Origin: a virus
Lineage: Duplodnaviria > Caudoviricetes
DNA length: 24,499 bases
Reading direction: 5' to 3' (one strand)
Virus record (IMG/VR): IMGVR_UViG_3300016471_000105
Span: 1-24,499 of that record
The translations under genes and the position numbers were made by a program. Below the pieces are notes generated by a model. That model made no database searches, was not told where the DNA came from, and saw only the letters and a list, made by a program, of their open reading frames with translations. Below, piece by piece: positions 1 through 8,718 of the stretch (position 1 is the stretch's first letter; every line of letters begins with the position of its first letter).

Positions 1-80
1 ATGCTGTAAATTACATCGCTCAAATCTTCACGCTGACCGATTGCAGTGAAGGTTTGAAACGTACCTGAAGGAACTGCCAT
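1..80 (-). CDS. Major capsid protein, N-terminal fragment (DUF5309/SU10-type), runs off window start
   Basis: Manual translation from ATG at 80: MAVPSGTFQTFTAIGQREDLSDVIYS. REDLSDVIY is typical of this MCP family; AGGAGA RBS; directly follows scaffold gene. Confidence 0.85.
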   Translation of the reverse strand, partial: MAVPSGTFQTFTAIGQREDLSDVIYS

Positions 81-95
81 TTTGAATCTCCTAAA

Positions 96-1004
96 TTATA
101 AAAATCTCTCAAAAACCTTGGCGGCATCCTGACGAGAACCCGTCTTCTTCAGCCGCGCAAAATCTGCCTTAGCCTGCTCTGTGGCTATGGTCTTACCCGT
201 CGCATTACCAGACTTCAAACTTTTGGGCGCTTCAACAACCCGTTTATTAACGCCAGACTTCTGAAGTTTCTGAAACTGACTCGCCATCCACAACGTCAAC
301 ACAGCGCGAGAATCTGTTGCATTTGCCAACTCGTTTTCTGAATAACCAATTGACTTTGCAAAACTACGAAGTTCAGACCGTACCTTCTCACCCTTCTCAG
401 GATGCCCATAATCCGGAATCGCTTCTGCAACGCGCTTCGCCTCCTCAACAAGATGCCTTTCCATCTGTGCCTCGCGCTCTGCGTGTTGCTCTCTCGCAAT
501 GCGTTGCTGCTCTGCACGAATCTGCTGGATCTGCTTTTCCTGCTGTGTGCGTTCTGCGACCTTTACTGCATAAGCAATCGGGTCTACGTCCTTCAAGCTT
601 TCAATATCCTCACCGCGCATCTGCTGGTTCAGGAAGTTATCCATCGCCTGCAACCGCTGAGAATATGCGTCTCTCGCCTGTTTTGCTTGCTCGATTGCGG
701 ACTTTTCTGCCTCTACTGCCTTCCGCTGCTCTGCAAGCTGATTAGTCTTTTTGTGGTAATCCGTACCCTTCTGGTATCCCTCGATCAGTTCTTGGAGGGT
801 CACTTCGCGCTCTTCCCCCGCTGCTTTCACAACGAATCGCTGTTCCTCCTCACTCTCTTCGGATTCACTGGCAACAAGTTCTTGATCTTCTGTCTGGTCT
901 TGAGCTTGCTCTTGCTGAGGCTCTTCTCCATCCATCATCCCCAAGAACGTATTTGCTGCCTGTCCCACTGTCAAGCTAGTCCCATTCGGGTTGCTGCTAT
1001 CCAT
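96..1004 (-). CDS. Capsid scaffolding protein
   Basis: Acidic N-terminus, EVTLQELIEGYQKGTDYHKKTNQLAEQRK motif, long Q/E/A/R coiled coil; lies immediately upstream of MCP. Confidence 0.85.
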   Translation of the reverse strand: MDSSNPNGTSLTVGQAANTFLGMMDGEEPQQEQAQDQTEDQELVASESEESEEEQRFVVKAAGEEREVTLQELIEGYQKGTDYHKKTNQLAEQRKAVEAEKSAIEQAKQARDAYSQRLQAMDNFLNQQMRGEDIESLKDVDPIAYAVKVAERTQQEKQIQQIRAEQQRIAREQHAEREAQMERHLVEEAKRVAEAIPDYGHPEKGEKVRSELRSFAKSIGYSENELANATDSRAVLTLWMASQFQKLQKSGVNKRVVEAPKSLKSGNATGKTIATEQAKADFARLKKTGSRQDAAKVFERFL

Positions 1005-1013
1005 AAACTAACC

Positions 1014-1247
1014 TCAAAAAATTTTAAATCGTTTCTTAGCCATTTCACCTTCTGATGCAATCGACTCAAGACGAGCTTTTAGTCGATGAATCGCACGAAT
1101 AGCCCCATAAGCCTCCTCGCGCACGTCAACATCATTTGGCCTGCTATTTATCATACGCTGAATATCATCGTTTTCCAACTCTGCAAATATTTCTTGCAGA
1201 AATTCATCACCAAGTAAAGCCTTTGCGCGTTCCCATCTTTGCGTCAT
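1014..1247 (-). CDS. Small head-module protein (Bbp19-like position, upstream of scaffold)
   Basis: 77 aa helical protein, ATGA-coupled to upstream gene; position between portal and scaffold. Confidence 0.7.
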   Translation of the reverse strand: MTQRWERAKALLGDEFLQEIFAELENDDIQRMINSRPNDVDVREEAYGAIRAIHRLKARLESIASEGEMAKKRFKIF

Positions 1248-2917
1248 AACAAACTTTTCACCTTCTGTTTGGGTAATCGAGCCTCGTTGAGTGCTTTTAG
1301 AAACTCTTCACCGTACTTGTTTACGGCTTTTTTCTTCACAACATACTCACCACGCTGCAATTTTGCGTAACCCTCGTCTGGTCCCATAGGATCGGGTCCA
1401 AGCAAAGACTTGATCTTGCCACCCATCTCATAACTCACATCATCATCGGGCTTGCCTTCGTAGTCCTTGAATCCGACGATCATCCCACCATCAAATCCAC
1501 CGTCAACAATGTTTTGGTAGGACATATTTTTGGCATTTTGTGCTGCGGCTTGTTGTGTTAGTTGTTCGTTTGTCTTTGCCCAGCCGTAATCTGTACCAAC
1601 CCCTGCCTTATTAAAATCACCAGGTATAAATTGTTGTACCTTAGAAACATTTGCGGGAACACCAAATTCTAGTGTCATTGGACGCAAATTAGTGTAACCA
1701 GCGGCTCCAGACTGAAACTGAAACGGGACTTCCGGTGTCGGTGTTGTCTTGTAAAAAAACCCTGTAGTCGGAACTGCAAGACTTGTCTGACCACCTCCGG
1801 TGGCAAAAGGCACAAAATTTGTGGCAGGCAGATTATAAGTAGGAGGAATAAAATCTTGTGGATTAAAAGTTGTCGGGGTTGTTGTCGGCGTTTTTGTCGG
1901 AGTTGTCGGGGTTGTTGTAGTTGGCTTACCTAAACCTAGAGTAATTGCCGCCTGGACATCGGCCTCAGGCACATTCGCGGCACGCAACATATCTGCGGTA
2001 ATTTTGTTTGCGTTGTAATAGTCGACTTTTTGTTGGCCTGTAAAACTCGCCCAATTTGATGGGAGTGTCATTCCCGCAGGCAACGTAAATGTTGGTGGAG
2101 GAGGAGTTGATTTGCCGAGACCTAACTTTATGGCTGCATCAATATCCGCTTGCGGAACCTTATAGTCTTTAAGCGTCTGCTCGGTAATCTTGTTGGCGTT
2201 AAACCAGTTAACCTTGTCTTGTGGCGTGTAATAAGACCATTCGGCTGGCAGTCCTAAACTTAACTGCGCTGCCATCAGCGTCACAGCATCTTGTGATGTG
2301 TTTCTTGGCTGCTCGACGATTGTTGTCGTTGGCGCAGTTACGGTAGGGGTTGGAGTTGGAGTTGGCGTTGGGGTTGGAGTTGGGGTTGGCGTTGGGGTCG
2401 GCTTTGGAATACCAAGCAGATCGAAGTTAGCCTGCGTTGCGTTGGCTGGGTCTAACTCGGTAATCCTAGCCTTTATTTGATCTGGGCTAATACCAGCAGA
2501 TAACAACGACTGAATGTATCCCTGCTTCGTTGCAAGGCTCGCACCAGAATCCCAAGAAAGACCGAATACGTTGTAGGTCGGAGCGGCAGGAGGAGGAGTG
2601 TATACGGGTTGTGTATACACTGGCTCTTGATAGACAGGCTCTTGGTACACAGGCTCCTGATAGACGGGCTCTTGGTAAACAGGTTCTGGCTGCGTGTAGA
2701 TAGGCTCTTGAGTGACAACAGGTTGCGGAAACGTATTAGGTATACCTAGAATGTCGTATACCGTTTGATTGGCATTGCTTGGATCAATGGAAGCAATAAG
2801 GTCTTTAATCTCCTGACCGCTAACACCGGCACGAAGAAGCGTTTGGATATAGCCTTGCTTTGTCGCCAGACTTGAGTCTGTATCCCAATTCAGCCCGAAA
2901 ACATTCAAAATTGCCAT
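1244..2917 (-). CDS. Repeat-rich Pro/Thr-rich putative virion protein with C-terminal GG..GP..D..A.L..GEYVV motif
   Basis: 557 aa ORF; two duplicated domains, (QEPVY)n and (PT)n linkers; starts 3 nt after portal stop. Confidence 0.75.
   Translation of the reverse strand: MAILNVFGLNWDTDSSLATKQGYIQTLLRAGVSGQEIKDLIASIDPSNANQTVYDILGIPNTFPQPVVTQEPIYTQPEPVYQEPVYQEPVYQEPVYQEPVYTQPVYTPPPAAPTYNVFGLSWDSGASLATKQGYIQSLLSAGISPDQIKARITELDPANATQANFDLLGIPKPTPTPTPTPTPTPTPTPTPTVTAPTTTIVEQPRNTSQDAVTLMAAQLSLGLPAEWSYYTPQDKVNWFNANKITEQTLKDYKVPQADIDAAIKLGLGKSTPPPPTFTLPAGMTLPSNWASFTGQQKVDYYNANKITADMLRAANVPEADVQAAITLGLGKPTTTTPTTPTKTPTTTPTTFNPQDFIPPTYNLPATNFVPFATGGGQTSLAVPTTGFFYKTTPTPEVPFQFQSGAAGYTNLRPMTLEFGVPANVSKVQQFIPGDFNKAGVGTDYGWAKTNEQLTQQAAAQNAKNMSYQNIVDGGFDGGMIVGFKDYEGKPDDDVSYEMGGKIKSLLGPDPMGPDEGYAKLQRGEYVVKKKAVNKYGEEFLKALNEARLPKQKVKSLL
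2343..2402. repeat. 6-bp coding tandem repeat (GTTGGN)n encoding (PT)~11
   Basis: Directly visible; variation only at third codon positions. Confidence 0.9.
2599..2712. repeat. 15-bp coding tandem repeat encoding (QEPVY)-like units, ~7 copies
   Basis: QEPIYTQPEPVYQEPVYQEPVYQEPVYQEPVYTQPVY; synonymous divergence between units. Confidence 0.9.
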
Positions 2918-2920
2918 GTC

Positions 2921-4888
2921 TTATCCTGGTATCTCGATGTTGGAAGTAATACCCGCGCCAACCTTCATCGCCTTCATCTGAGCCTCGGCCTCGAACTCCA
3001 TCCGCTTTAGTTCTAACTCAGCCACGGCCTTCTCTCTGGCTAACTGAATGTCTGCCATCGCTTTCTGCTTCTTGATCTCGATGTCCGCTTGCGCTTGGGC
3101 CATCATCATCTGAATTGCGGGATCTGGACCTTGTTGTTGGGGTTGGGCAAGTGCTTGGTCGACCTCTAACGTCACAGGCTTGAAGAACTCAGCAGAGTCA
3201 GTAAATCCTGCCGCCTCAACCAATCTTCCGAGCGTTGATCGATATTGCGACAAGCTCACTAAAGGATTGTTTGGCCCCAACATCTGGAGCATCTGCTCTT
3301 GCTTTGCGAGAACCATACTTAGCATCGCCATCTTTTGCTCGACGTTTCCTGTCCCAAGACCCACATTCACTGATACATCGTATTGGTTCGACCACTCTCT
3401 TGGGTCGTACTGCACATACTCCCCGCGCATTCGAAGAATGACTGATTTGTCCTGAAACTTGCATAAGAGATGCAAAAGTCCTTTGAATAAGTCTTTTACA
3501 CCTGTTTCTGCAAAGACGCGAGCGATAAGTTCGATCTTGCCTTGTGACGCTTGCGTGAGAGCGGCAATCGCCGTTGCAGTCACATTCTGTAGGATATTCG
3601 GGTCTAAACCTTGAGATGCCTCTGTAACGCCAGTTCTTTTGGCCTGAACCTGATCAAGGTACTCCAACAAAGGAAATGCTTGCTGCCCGACCGCGGGAGT
3701 CTGGATCGGGACCAAGGCATTCGGGTTCTTCATCCGAACGATGCTACCAGGTGCTACTGTCAATAGATCATCAAGATGGACCTGGCCCTCAACAACGCCG
3801 ACCCTTGTATTGTTTTGCAGATATAGGTTGTCCAACATCTGACGGGTAACCGTTGTTTTGATCTTCTGAATGTCTACCGTGCGATCCGCTGGGCAATCCC
3901 CGAAAAATCGATGCGGGATCGGGATCGGGCAGATGGTGTAGAACGGCACATAATCCACATCCTTGTTCGACAGAATCTCGTTCCCTGAGAAGTAGATCTG
4001 TCGAAGCTCTGCAATGTCATCCCCATCAAAATCCGTCTTGAGGTAACACTCGTGAACCTCGACGGTCTGCATCGACTTGTCTAGACTCGGCTCTTGATAG
4101 GGTTGTTCGTCTCTATAGTATCGAGCAACCTTCTCCGCTGAAAACTCGAGATCGTTGTACACAGGAAGGTTCATTACCACTTCAGGATCAAACCCCATGC
4201 TCACCAAGTCCGAACGCGAGATCAGCTTTCTGTGTGCCACAAACGGCGTATCTCTAACAGTCTTTGCAGCCTTGGAGATGAGAAATTCCTCCGGAGGCAC
4301 GTTCTCAATCTTGATCCTTCCTGCCTGATTCTTCCGCATCAACGCAACATTATGGACACGCAAGACTTGCCCATCCATCTCTTGCTCAACCGTCTCCTGT
4401 CCAGCAATCTCCATCGTCCCATCGGACAGGAGCATCGCCAGCTCATCGTCCGTTAAGTTGGCGTACTGTTCCTTCGTGACAGAAATCGAGTCATCCCAGT
4501 AAGCCTTCACGACACCGACTTTTTGCAGAATCGCGTCTTTGAACCAATCGTGCATGATAGAGATGCCTGGGTTCTGTTTCATCAGCACCCAATTACAGTA
4601 ATCTGTAGCCTGTTCAGCCAAAGGTTCATCACCAGGACCAACAGGCTCGAACACACCAATTTGGTCGGAAGATGTAAACAAACGCATGAGAGGTGGCAAC
4701 ATCCCGTCGACAACCTCTGCAACCTCACCCGTAACAATCGCAGACCTTCCCTCGACCTCGTTCTCATAAGGTTCCCTTAAATAAGACTTAAGTGCATACG
4801 TCCGCTGCTCCACGGTTTCTGTCTGCAAGAAACCAATGGCGTTATCAATCTCACCTTGTAAAATTGCTTTTAGCCGACCTTCATCCAT
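2921..4888 (-). CDS. Portal protein (podovirus P22/SU10-like)
   Basis: ~655 aa directly downstream of TerL; motifs EGRSAIV, WFKDAILQKVGVVK, ENVPPEEFL, RQMLDNLY; helical C-terminal tail. Start moved to ATG 4888 (TGATG overlap with TerL stop). Confidence 0.9.
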   Translation of the reverse strand: MDEGRLKAILQGEIDNAIGFLQTETVEQRTYALKSYLREPYENEVEGRSAIVTGEVAEVVDGMLPPLMRLFTSSDQIGVFEPVGPGDEPLAEQATDYCNWVLMKQNPGISIMHDWFKDAILQKVGVVKAYWDDSISVTKEQYANLTDDELAMLLSDGTMEIAGQETVEQEMDGQVLRVHNVALMRKNQAGRIKIENVPPEEFLISKAAKTVRDTPFVAHRKLISRSDLVSMGFDPEVVMNLPVYNDLEFSAEKVARYYRDEQPYQEPSLDKSMQTVEVHECYLKTDFDGDDIAELRQIYFSGNEILSNKDVDYVPFYTICPIPIPHRFFGDCPADRTVDIQKIKTTVTRQMLDNLYLQNNTRVGVVEGQVHLDDLLTVAPGSIVRMKNPNALVPIQTPAVGQQAFPLLEYLDQVQAKRTGVTEASQGLDPNILQNVTATAIAALTQASQGKIELIARVFAETGVKDLFKGLLHLLCKFQDKSVILRMRGEYVQYDPREWSNQYDVSVNVGLGTGNVEQKMAMLSMVLAKQEQMLQMLGPNNPLVSLSQYRSTLGRLVEAAGFTDSAEFFKPVTLEVDQALAQPQQQGPDPAIQMMMAQAQADIEIKKQKAMADIQLAREKAVAELELKRMEFEAEAQMKAMKVGAGITSNIEIPG

Positions 4889-6144
4889 CACACCACCCAC
4901 AAAGTGTTAGGTTTCAGAGGTTTGGACCAACTGGTTGTTTCGTTCATCCCGACCGCTAGATACCGAAATGCGTCTGCTGCGTGAGATGCCCAATCGTGAA
5001 GAGGCTTATCCCAAAACACTTGACGCTTATCATCGTATTGTCGCCGATAATTACGCAACGCGTCCACACCTCGCTTGGTCTTAGAATCAAACCAACAAAA
5101 TGGAATCAAACGTCTTGCTGCCTGGATTCCATCGTCCACTGCCATCCTTGGCACAATCGTGATATTTAGCCCCGCCTCTTGTAAAAGTTCAAGTCTCGAT
5201 CTGCCTGATCCTAATTCTCTGACCTGCACGTCGTGAGGCAGAAGTTGTTCCGCAAGATCATAATGATTTGATCTCAACCAGTTGACATACCAATCCAAGC
5301 CTTGACCGTGATTCTCAACAAAGTCAATAAGCCTTGTTTCCAAACCGACTTTCTGACACACCCAGATCGCCGTGGAGTCTCCGATTCCCAAGTCCCAGGC
5401 ACAGAATGTCCGTGCTATCCCGTCCACAGGAATCTCGCAGAATCGCTCAGTCGGCAACTCATTGAGAAGCTGCCCGTAATATGATCCCTCAATGGCACTG
5501 TCAAAACTGCACTCAAACTCCTGTAAGAATTTATCGTCTCCCATTTGCTCTCGTGCGGCGTTGAGTTCACTTTCAGGAATAAGATTTGTTTCTGATGCCC
5601 TGAACTCAAGCATGGCCCAATCACTATGTTCTGCTGCATAGTCTCGCAAGCTCTTAAAATGATTCGCACCTCTCGGTGTTCCGAGGAACAAGGCCCATCC
5701 CATCCTGTCCGATAGAGCTGGTCTTACAACCTCCGACCAGATTCTTGGGTCTTGGTCCCCAAACTCGTCGAACACCACTCCATCGAAATACTGCCCCCTG
5801 AGAGAGTCTGGGTTGTCTGATCCTGCAAGCTGAATCCTCCTGCCCCAGAAATCAACTCTAAGCTCCGCGATATTTGCGGTGGCGTTTAGTGGTTGTGTGA
5901 ACTTTAGGAGGTAATCCCAGATCACTCGCTTGGTTTGTGAATAAGTTGGCCCAATGAATGCGTACCGCGGTGCTTCTCTCTGATTCTGGATCGCTTCTTT
6001 TATGAGATGGTTGACCGCAGAGACCGACTTTCCTAAACGTCTATGAGCAACAACAACTACAAATCTTTTCTCCCCAAGCGCATTGTGTATTGTAAGTTGC
6101 TGCGGCCTCGGAGCATAAGGAATGACTATTCTGGTTGCGCCCAT
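4888..6144 (-). CDS. terL: Terminase large subunit
   Basis: Walker A-like HRRLGKS, Walker B VVFDE after LRG, GTPRG coupling motif, RNase H-like WDLG...D and HDWASHAADAFRY. Confidence 0.96.
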   Translation of the reverse strand: MGATRIVIPYAPRPQQLTIHNALGEKRFVVVVAHRRLGKSVSAVNHLIKEAIQNQREAPRYAFIGPTYSQTKRVIWDYLLKFTQPLNATANIAELRVDFWGRRIQLAGSDNPDSLRGQYFDGVVFDEFGDQDPRIWSEVVRPALSDRMGWALFLGTPRGANHFKSLRDYAAEHSDWAMLEFRASETNLIPESELNAAREQMGDDKFLQEFECSFDSAIEGSYYGQLLNELPTERFCEIPVDGIARTFCAWDLGIGDSTAIWVCQKVGLETRLIDFVENHGQGLDWYVNWLRSNHYDLAEQLLPHDVQVRELGSGRSRLELLQEAGLNITIVPRMAVDDGIQAARRLIPFCWFDSKTKRGVDALRNYRRQYDDKRQVFWDKPLHDWASHAADAFRYLAVGMNETTSWSKPLKPNTLWVV

Positions 6145-6461
6145 GAGATTTGCATTGCAACTGGTTGACCATTCTCGCCTGTTATCTCGTGTTTAACGCT
6201 CTCATGCCATTTAGCCCTCGTCTTTAACCAGAAGATCATCGCCGTGGTGTTTCCCGACATAGCTTGCTGGTAGAGGCTTTTAGCCACCGCTGCGTTGGCA
6301 TCCACGCGACCGTCATCAAGCTCCTTCTTGTAATACTTGACAAGCGTATCCGCGCTTAACTCTATCTTGGCTGCAATATCCTCGTGACGAACGCCAACCG
6401 CAGCGAGCCCTCTGACTAGCTTTCTGTTCTCATCCGTTGGTTCATGCAACACGCCCTGCAT
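6126..6461 (-). CDS. terS: Terminase small subunit
   Basis: N-terminal HTH (HEDIAAKIELSADTLVKYYKKEL), SLYQQAMSGNTTAMIFWLKTR motif; overlaps terL start. Confidence 0.85.
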   Translation of the reverse strand: MQGVLHEPTDENRKLVRGLAAVGVRHEDIAAKIELSADTLVKYYKKELDDGRVDANAAVAKSLYQQAMSGNTTAMIFWLKTRAKWHESVKHEITGENGQPVAMQISWAQPE

Positions 6462-6479
6462 ATTTTTTAACTCCGAATG

Positions 6480-7679
6480 TTAGTTTTCACTAACTAATTT
6501 TGCCTTCTTGCCGGTAAATTCTTCCCATCGCTTGACGATGACATCGCAGTATTTTGGGTCTAGTTCCATCATTCGACAAGACCGACCTGTTTTCTCGCAG
6601 GCAATAAGCGTACTACCACTGCCGCCGAATAGATCTACGACGATTTTTTTGTCGGCCATTGAGTAGTAGTCAAAGAACCAACAAACAAGCTCTACTGGCT
6701 TTTGAGTAGGGTGCACACGAGTCTTTGTGTCATCCTTGTGCATTCCGTGATGGCCTGACCACAAAATTCTTGCGACCATACGCTTGTGCTTTGCCTTTGA
6801 CCAGCAAAGTTCAAACGTATTACCGACAACCTTGTCCATTTTTTCGTCGCATCGCTTATCCCAAACGACCCATGATCCATTATTTCGATTTGGTATCAGG
6901 TCAACGTAATAATCAGCGCCCCAAAGAAATATCTCTTTACAGTAGTCGAACGTGGCAAAAATCGTGTTGATAAATTCAGGATTGAAGTCTTCATGGTCGC
7001 CCTTTACTGCATCAAAGCGATTTCCTGTTTTCTTGTGATTTTTGTCGTTGCTAAACATGCTGTCGTAATTCGTGTCCAGAAACATGCCATACGGCGGATC
7101 AGTAAACACCATATCTGCCTTTTGGCCCTTCATCAACTTATCAACCGCATCCACACTCGTACTATCACCGCACATCAACCGGTGCTTGCCTAGTATCCAG
7201 ATGTCTCCGGGCTTTGTAATAGGCTCCGGCGGAGGCTCAGGAACAGCATCCTCGTCGGTCAATCCTTCCGTTGGCTCAAGCGCGTTTAAGAGACCGTCTA
7301 GCTCCTCCGCAGAGAACCCAAGCATTTCGAGGTCAATATCCTCTGCTTTTAGCTCGATCAGCTCTAGCTTAAGTAAATCGTTGTCCCAACCTGCGTTGAG
7401 CGCGAGCCTGTTGTCAGCAAGCACATACGCTTTACGCTGAGTGTCGCTTAAATGAGACAGTTTTATAACAGGAACTTCTGCTAACCCCAGCTTTCTCGCT
7501 GCGGCAAGCCTTCCGTGGCCGGCAATGATTGAGTAATCGTCAGAGATGAGTATTGGGTTGTTAAACCCAAACTCTTTTATAGAGGCTGCAATCTGAGAGA
7601 CTTGCGCCTCGTCATGTGTTCTTGCGTTCCTTGCGTAAGGAATGAGCTTTTCTATCGAAACTTTTTCTACTTGACTCAC
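6480..7679 (-). CDS. ParB/Srx N-terminal domain fused to N6-adenine/N4-cytosine DNA methyltransferase
   Basis: IIAGHGRLAAA and LADNRL ParB motifs; DPPY catalytic motif; HPTQKP; DLFGGSGST SAM-binding motif (beta-class order). Confidence 0.93.
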   Translation of the reverse strand: MSQVEKVSIEKLIPYARNARTHDEAQVSQIAASIKEFGFNNPILISDDYSIIAGHGRLAAARKLGLAEVPVIKLSHLSDTQRKAYVLADNRLALNAGWDNDLLKLELIELKAEDIDLEMLGFSAEELDGLLNALEPTEGLTDEDAVPEPPPEPITKPGDIWILGKHRLMCGDSTSVDAVDKLMKGQKADMVFTDPPYGMFLDTNYDSMFSNDKNHKKTGNRFDAVKGDHEDFNPEFINTIFATFDYCKEIFLWGADYYVDLIPNRNNGSWVVWDKRCDEKMDKVVGNTFELCWSKAKHKRMVARILWSGHHGMHKDDTKTRVHPTQKPVELVCWFFDYYSMADKKIVVDLFGGSGSTLIACEKTGRSCRMMELDPKYCDVIVKRWEEFTGKKAKLVSEN

Positions 7680-7697
7680 CGTATTCTCCGTTGGAGG

Positions 7698-7997
7698 TCA
7701 TCGGTTTTTATTCCTCGCCGAGATAGCCTTGGCCTTTGCCTTAGCATCAGCCTTGGAACTTGCGCCCCACGCCTTTAGGCTTAGGAGCAGTCTGGTAGGG
7801 CTTCCATCAGGCTTTCTCTCTGGCCCTGGCATATTCCCCATTCGCGCAAGAAAAGACGCTCTACGCGGGTTATCACCGCTTTTAACGGGAGCCTTTAGGT
7901 CTGAGCCAGGATTCTCACGCTCGTAAGACTTCCGGCCCTTCTCGTTGAGCCCACCCTTGGCGTTCTTGCCTTCTTTCCTTGTCCAGGCTGCGGTCAT
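7698..7997 (-). CDS. Small basic phage protein (DUF6321-like)
   Basis: WTRKEGKNAKGGLNEKGR...RRASFLARM...SLKAW motif; ATGA-coupled. Confidence 0.8.
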   Translation of the reverse strand: MTAAWTRKEGKNAKGGLNEKGRKSYERENPGSDLKAPVKSGDNPRRASFLARMGNMPGPERKPDGSPTRLLLSLKAWGASSKADAKAKAKAISARNKNR

Positions 7998-8152
7998 TTC
8001 TTCTTCTTCACACCAGCTTCAGAAAGTGCAATCGCAATCGCCTGTTTGGGGTTCGTTACCGCCGGACCCTTCTTGCTTCCAGAGTGCAACTTACCCTTGT
8101 TGTACTCAGTCATCACTTTGGAGATCTTCTTCTCCGCTTTCGTCTTTTTCAT
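7994..8152 (-). CDS. Small Lys-rich protein (DUF6496-like), not in ORF track
   Basis: Manual translation MKKTKAEKKISKVMTEYNKGKLHSGSKKGPAVTNPKQAIAIALSEAGVKKKK; ATGA overlaps at both ends. Confidence 0.85.
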   Translation of the reverse strand: MKKTKAEKKISKVMTEYNKGKLHSGSKKGPAVTNPKQAIAIALSEAGVKKKK

Positions 8153-8304
8153 TTGTTTGCTGCTCGCATATTGTCTACAAGATTAGGATATGGCCTACCT
8201 GCTGACTTAGCCATTGCTTTTGCGGACTTCTTCTCAGACTTGGAAAGCGGTTCACTCTTCCCCAGCTTCTTCGGTCTCGCCTTCTCCCATATCGCTTTCT
8301 TCAC
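8149..8304 (-). CDS. Small Lys-rich protein
   Basis: GTG start at 8304 with GGAG RBS: MKKAIWEKARPKK...AKAMAKSAGRPYPNLVDNMRAANK; stop overlaps next ATG. Confidence 0.75.
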   Translation of the reverse strand: MKKAIWEKARPKKLGKSEPLSKSEKKSAKAMAKSAGRPYPNLVDNMRAANK

Positions 8305-8644
8305 TTTTCCACTCCATACAAGATTTTTCGGGAGAGCACATAAAGTTCCACTCGTGGCAGTACCCGACACCCTCAGGTAGACAATCCTGCATGTCCATGT
8401 CGAAATATCCACAATTACCGCAGCGCCTCTCTTGGGCCTGGCTTGCAGAGATACGCCACTTTGCGCCTAGATCGCGCCAGAATTGAGTATCGCCCTCTCT
8501 CTCAGGACCGTACATACCCTCTTCTGCGGCGATCTGTTTGTTTTCCTCGTTCAGAGCTTCGTCTTTAGTCGGCAGCGGACACTCGTTTTCGTCGTCCTTC
8601 TGCTTGATGACGATCATGACTTTAGGGGCAAGTAAACCCTTCAT
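8252..8644 (-). CDS. Acidic Cys-rich hypothetical protein, possible metal/Fe-S binding
   Basis: CGNC-x9-C-x7-C-x6-C-x5-C cluster; ATGA-coupled start. Confidence 0.75.
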   Translation of the reverse strand: MKGLLAPKVMIVIKQKDDENECPLPTKDEALNEENKQIAAEEGMYGPEREGDTQFWRDLGAKWRISASQAQERRCGNCGYFDMDMQDCLPEGVGYCHEWNFMCSPEKSCMEWKSEESDMGEGETEEAGEE

Positions 8645-8718
8645 TTTTTAGCCTTCTTAGGTTGTAGTGGGATGCCGACCTTCCTGTCGTACCTGATTGG
8701 AACTGGAGGTTCCTTCAT
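8641..8718 (-). CDS. 25-aa basic micropeptide, not in ORF track
   Basis: MKEPPVPIRYDRKVGIPLQPKKAKK; exactly fills the gap with ATGA overlaps on both sides. Confidence 0.65.
   Translation of the reverse strand: MKEPPVPIRYDRKVGIPLQPKKAKK

Noticed and set aside
296-1055. Long antisense/alternate ORFs over the scaffold, and similar ones over portal, GTs and Gly-rich genes
   Set aside because: Shadow ORFs from biased codon usage, with no motifs or RBS, unlike Rz1 and the MTase beta frame
2343-2712. Tandem repeats as CRISPR array or iterons
   Set aside because: No unique spacers; periods of 6 and 15 with third-position variation show they are coding repeats
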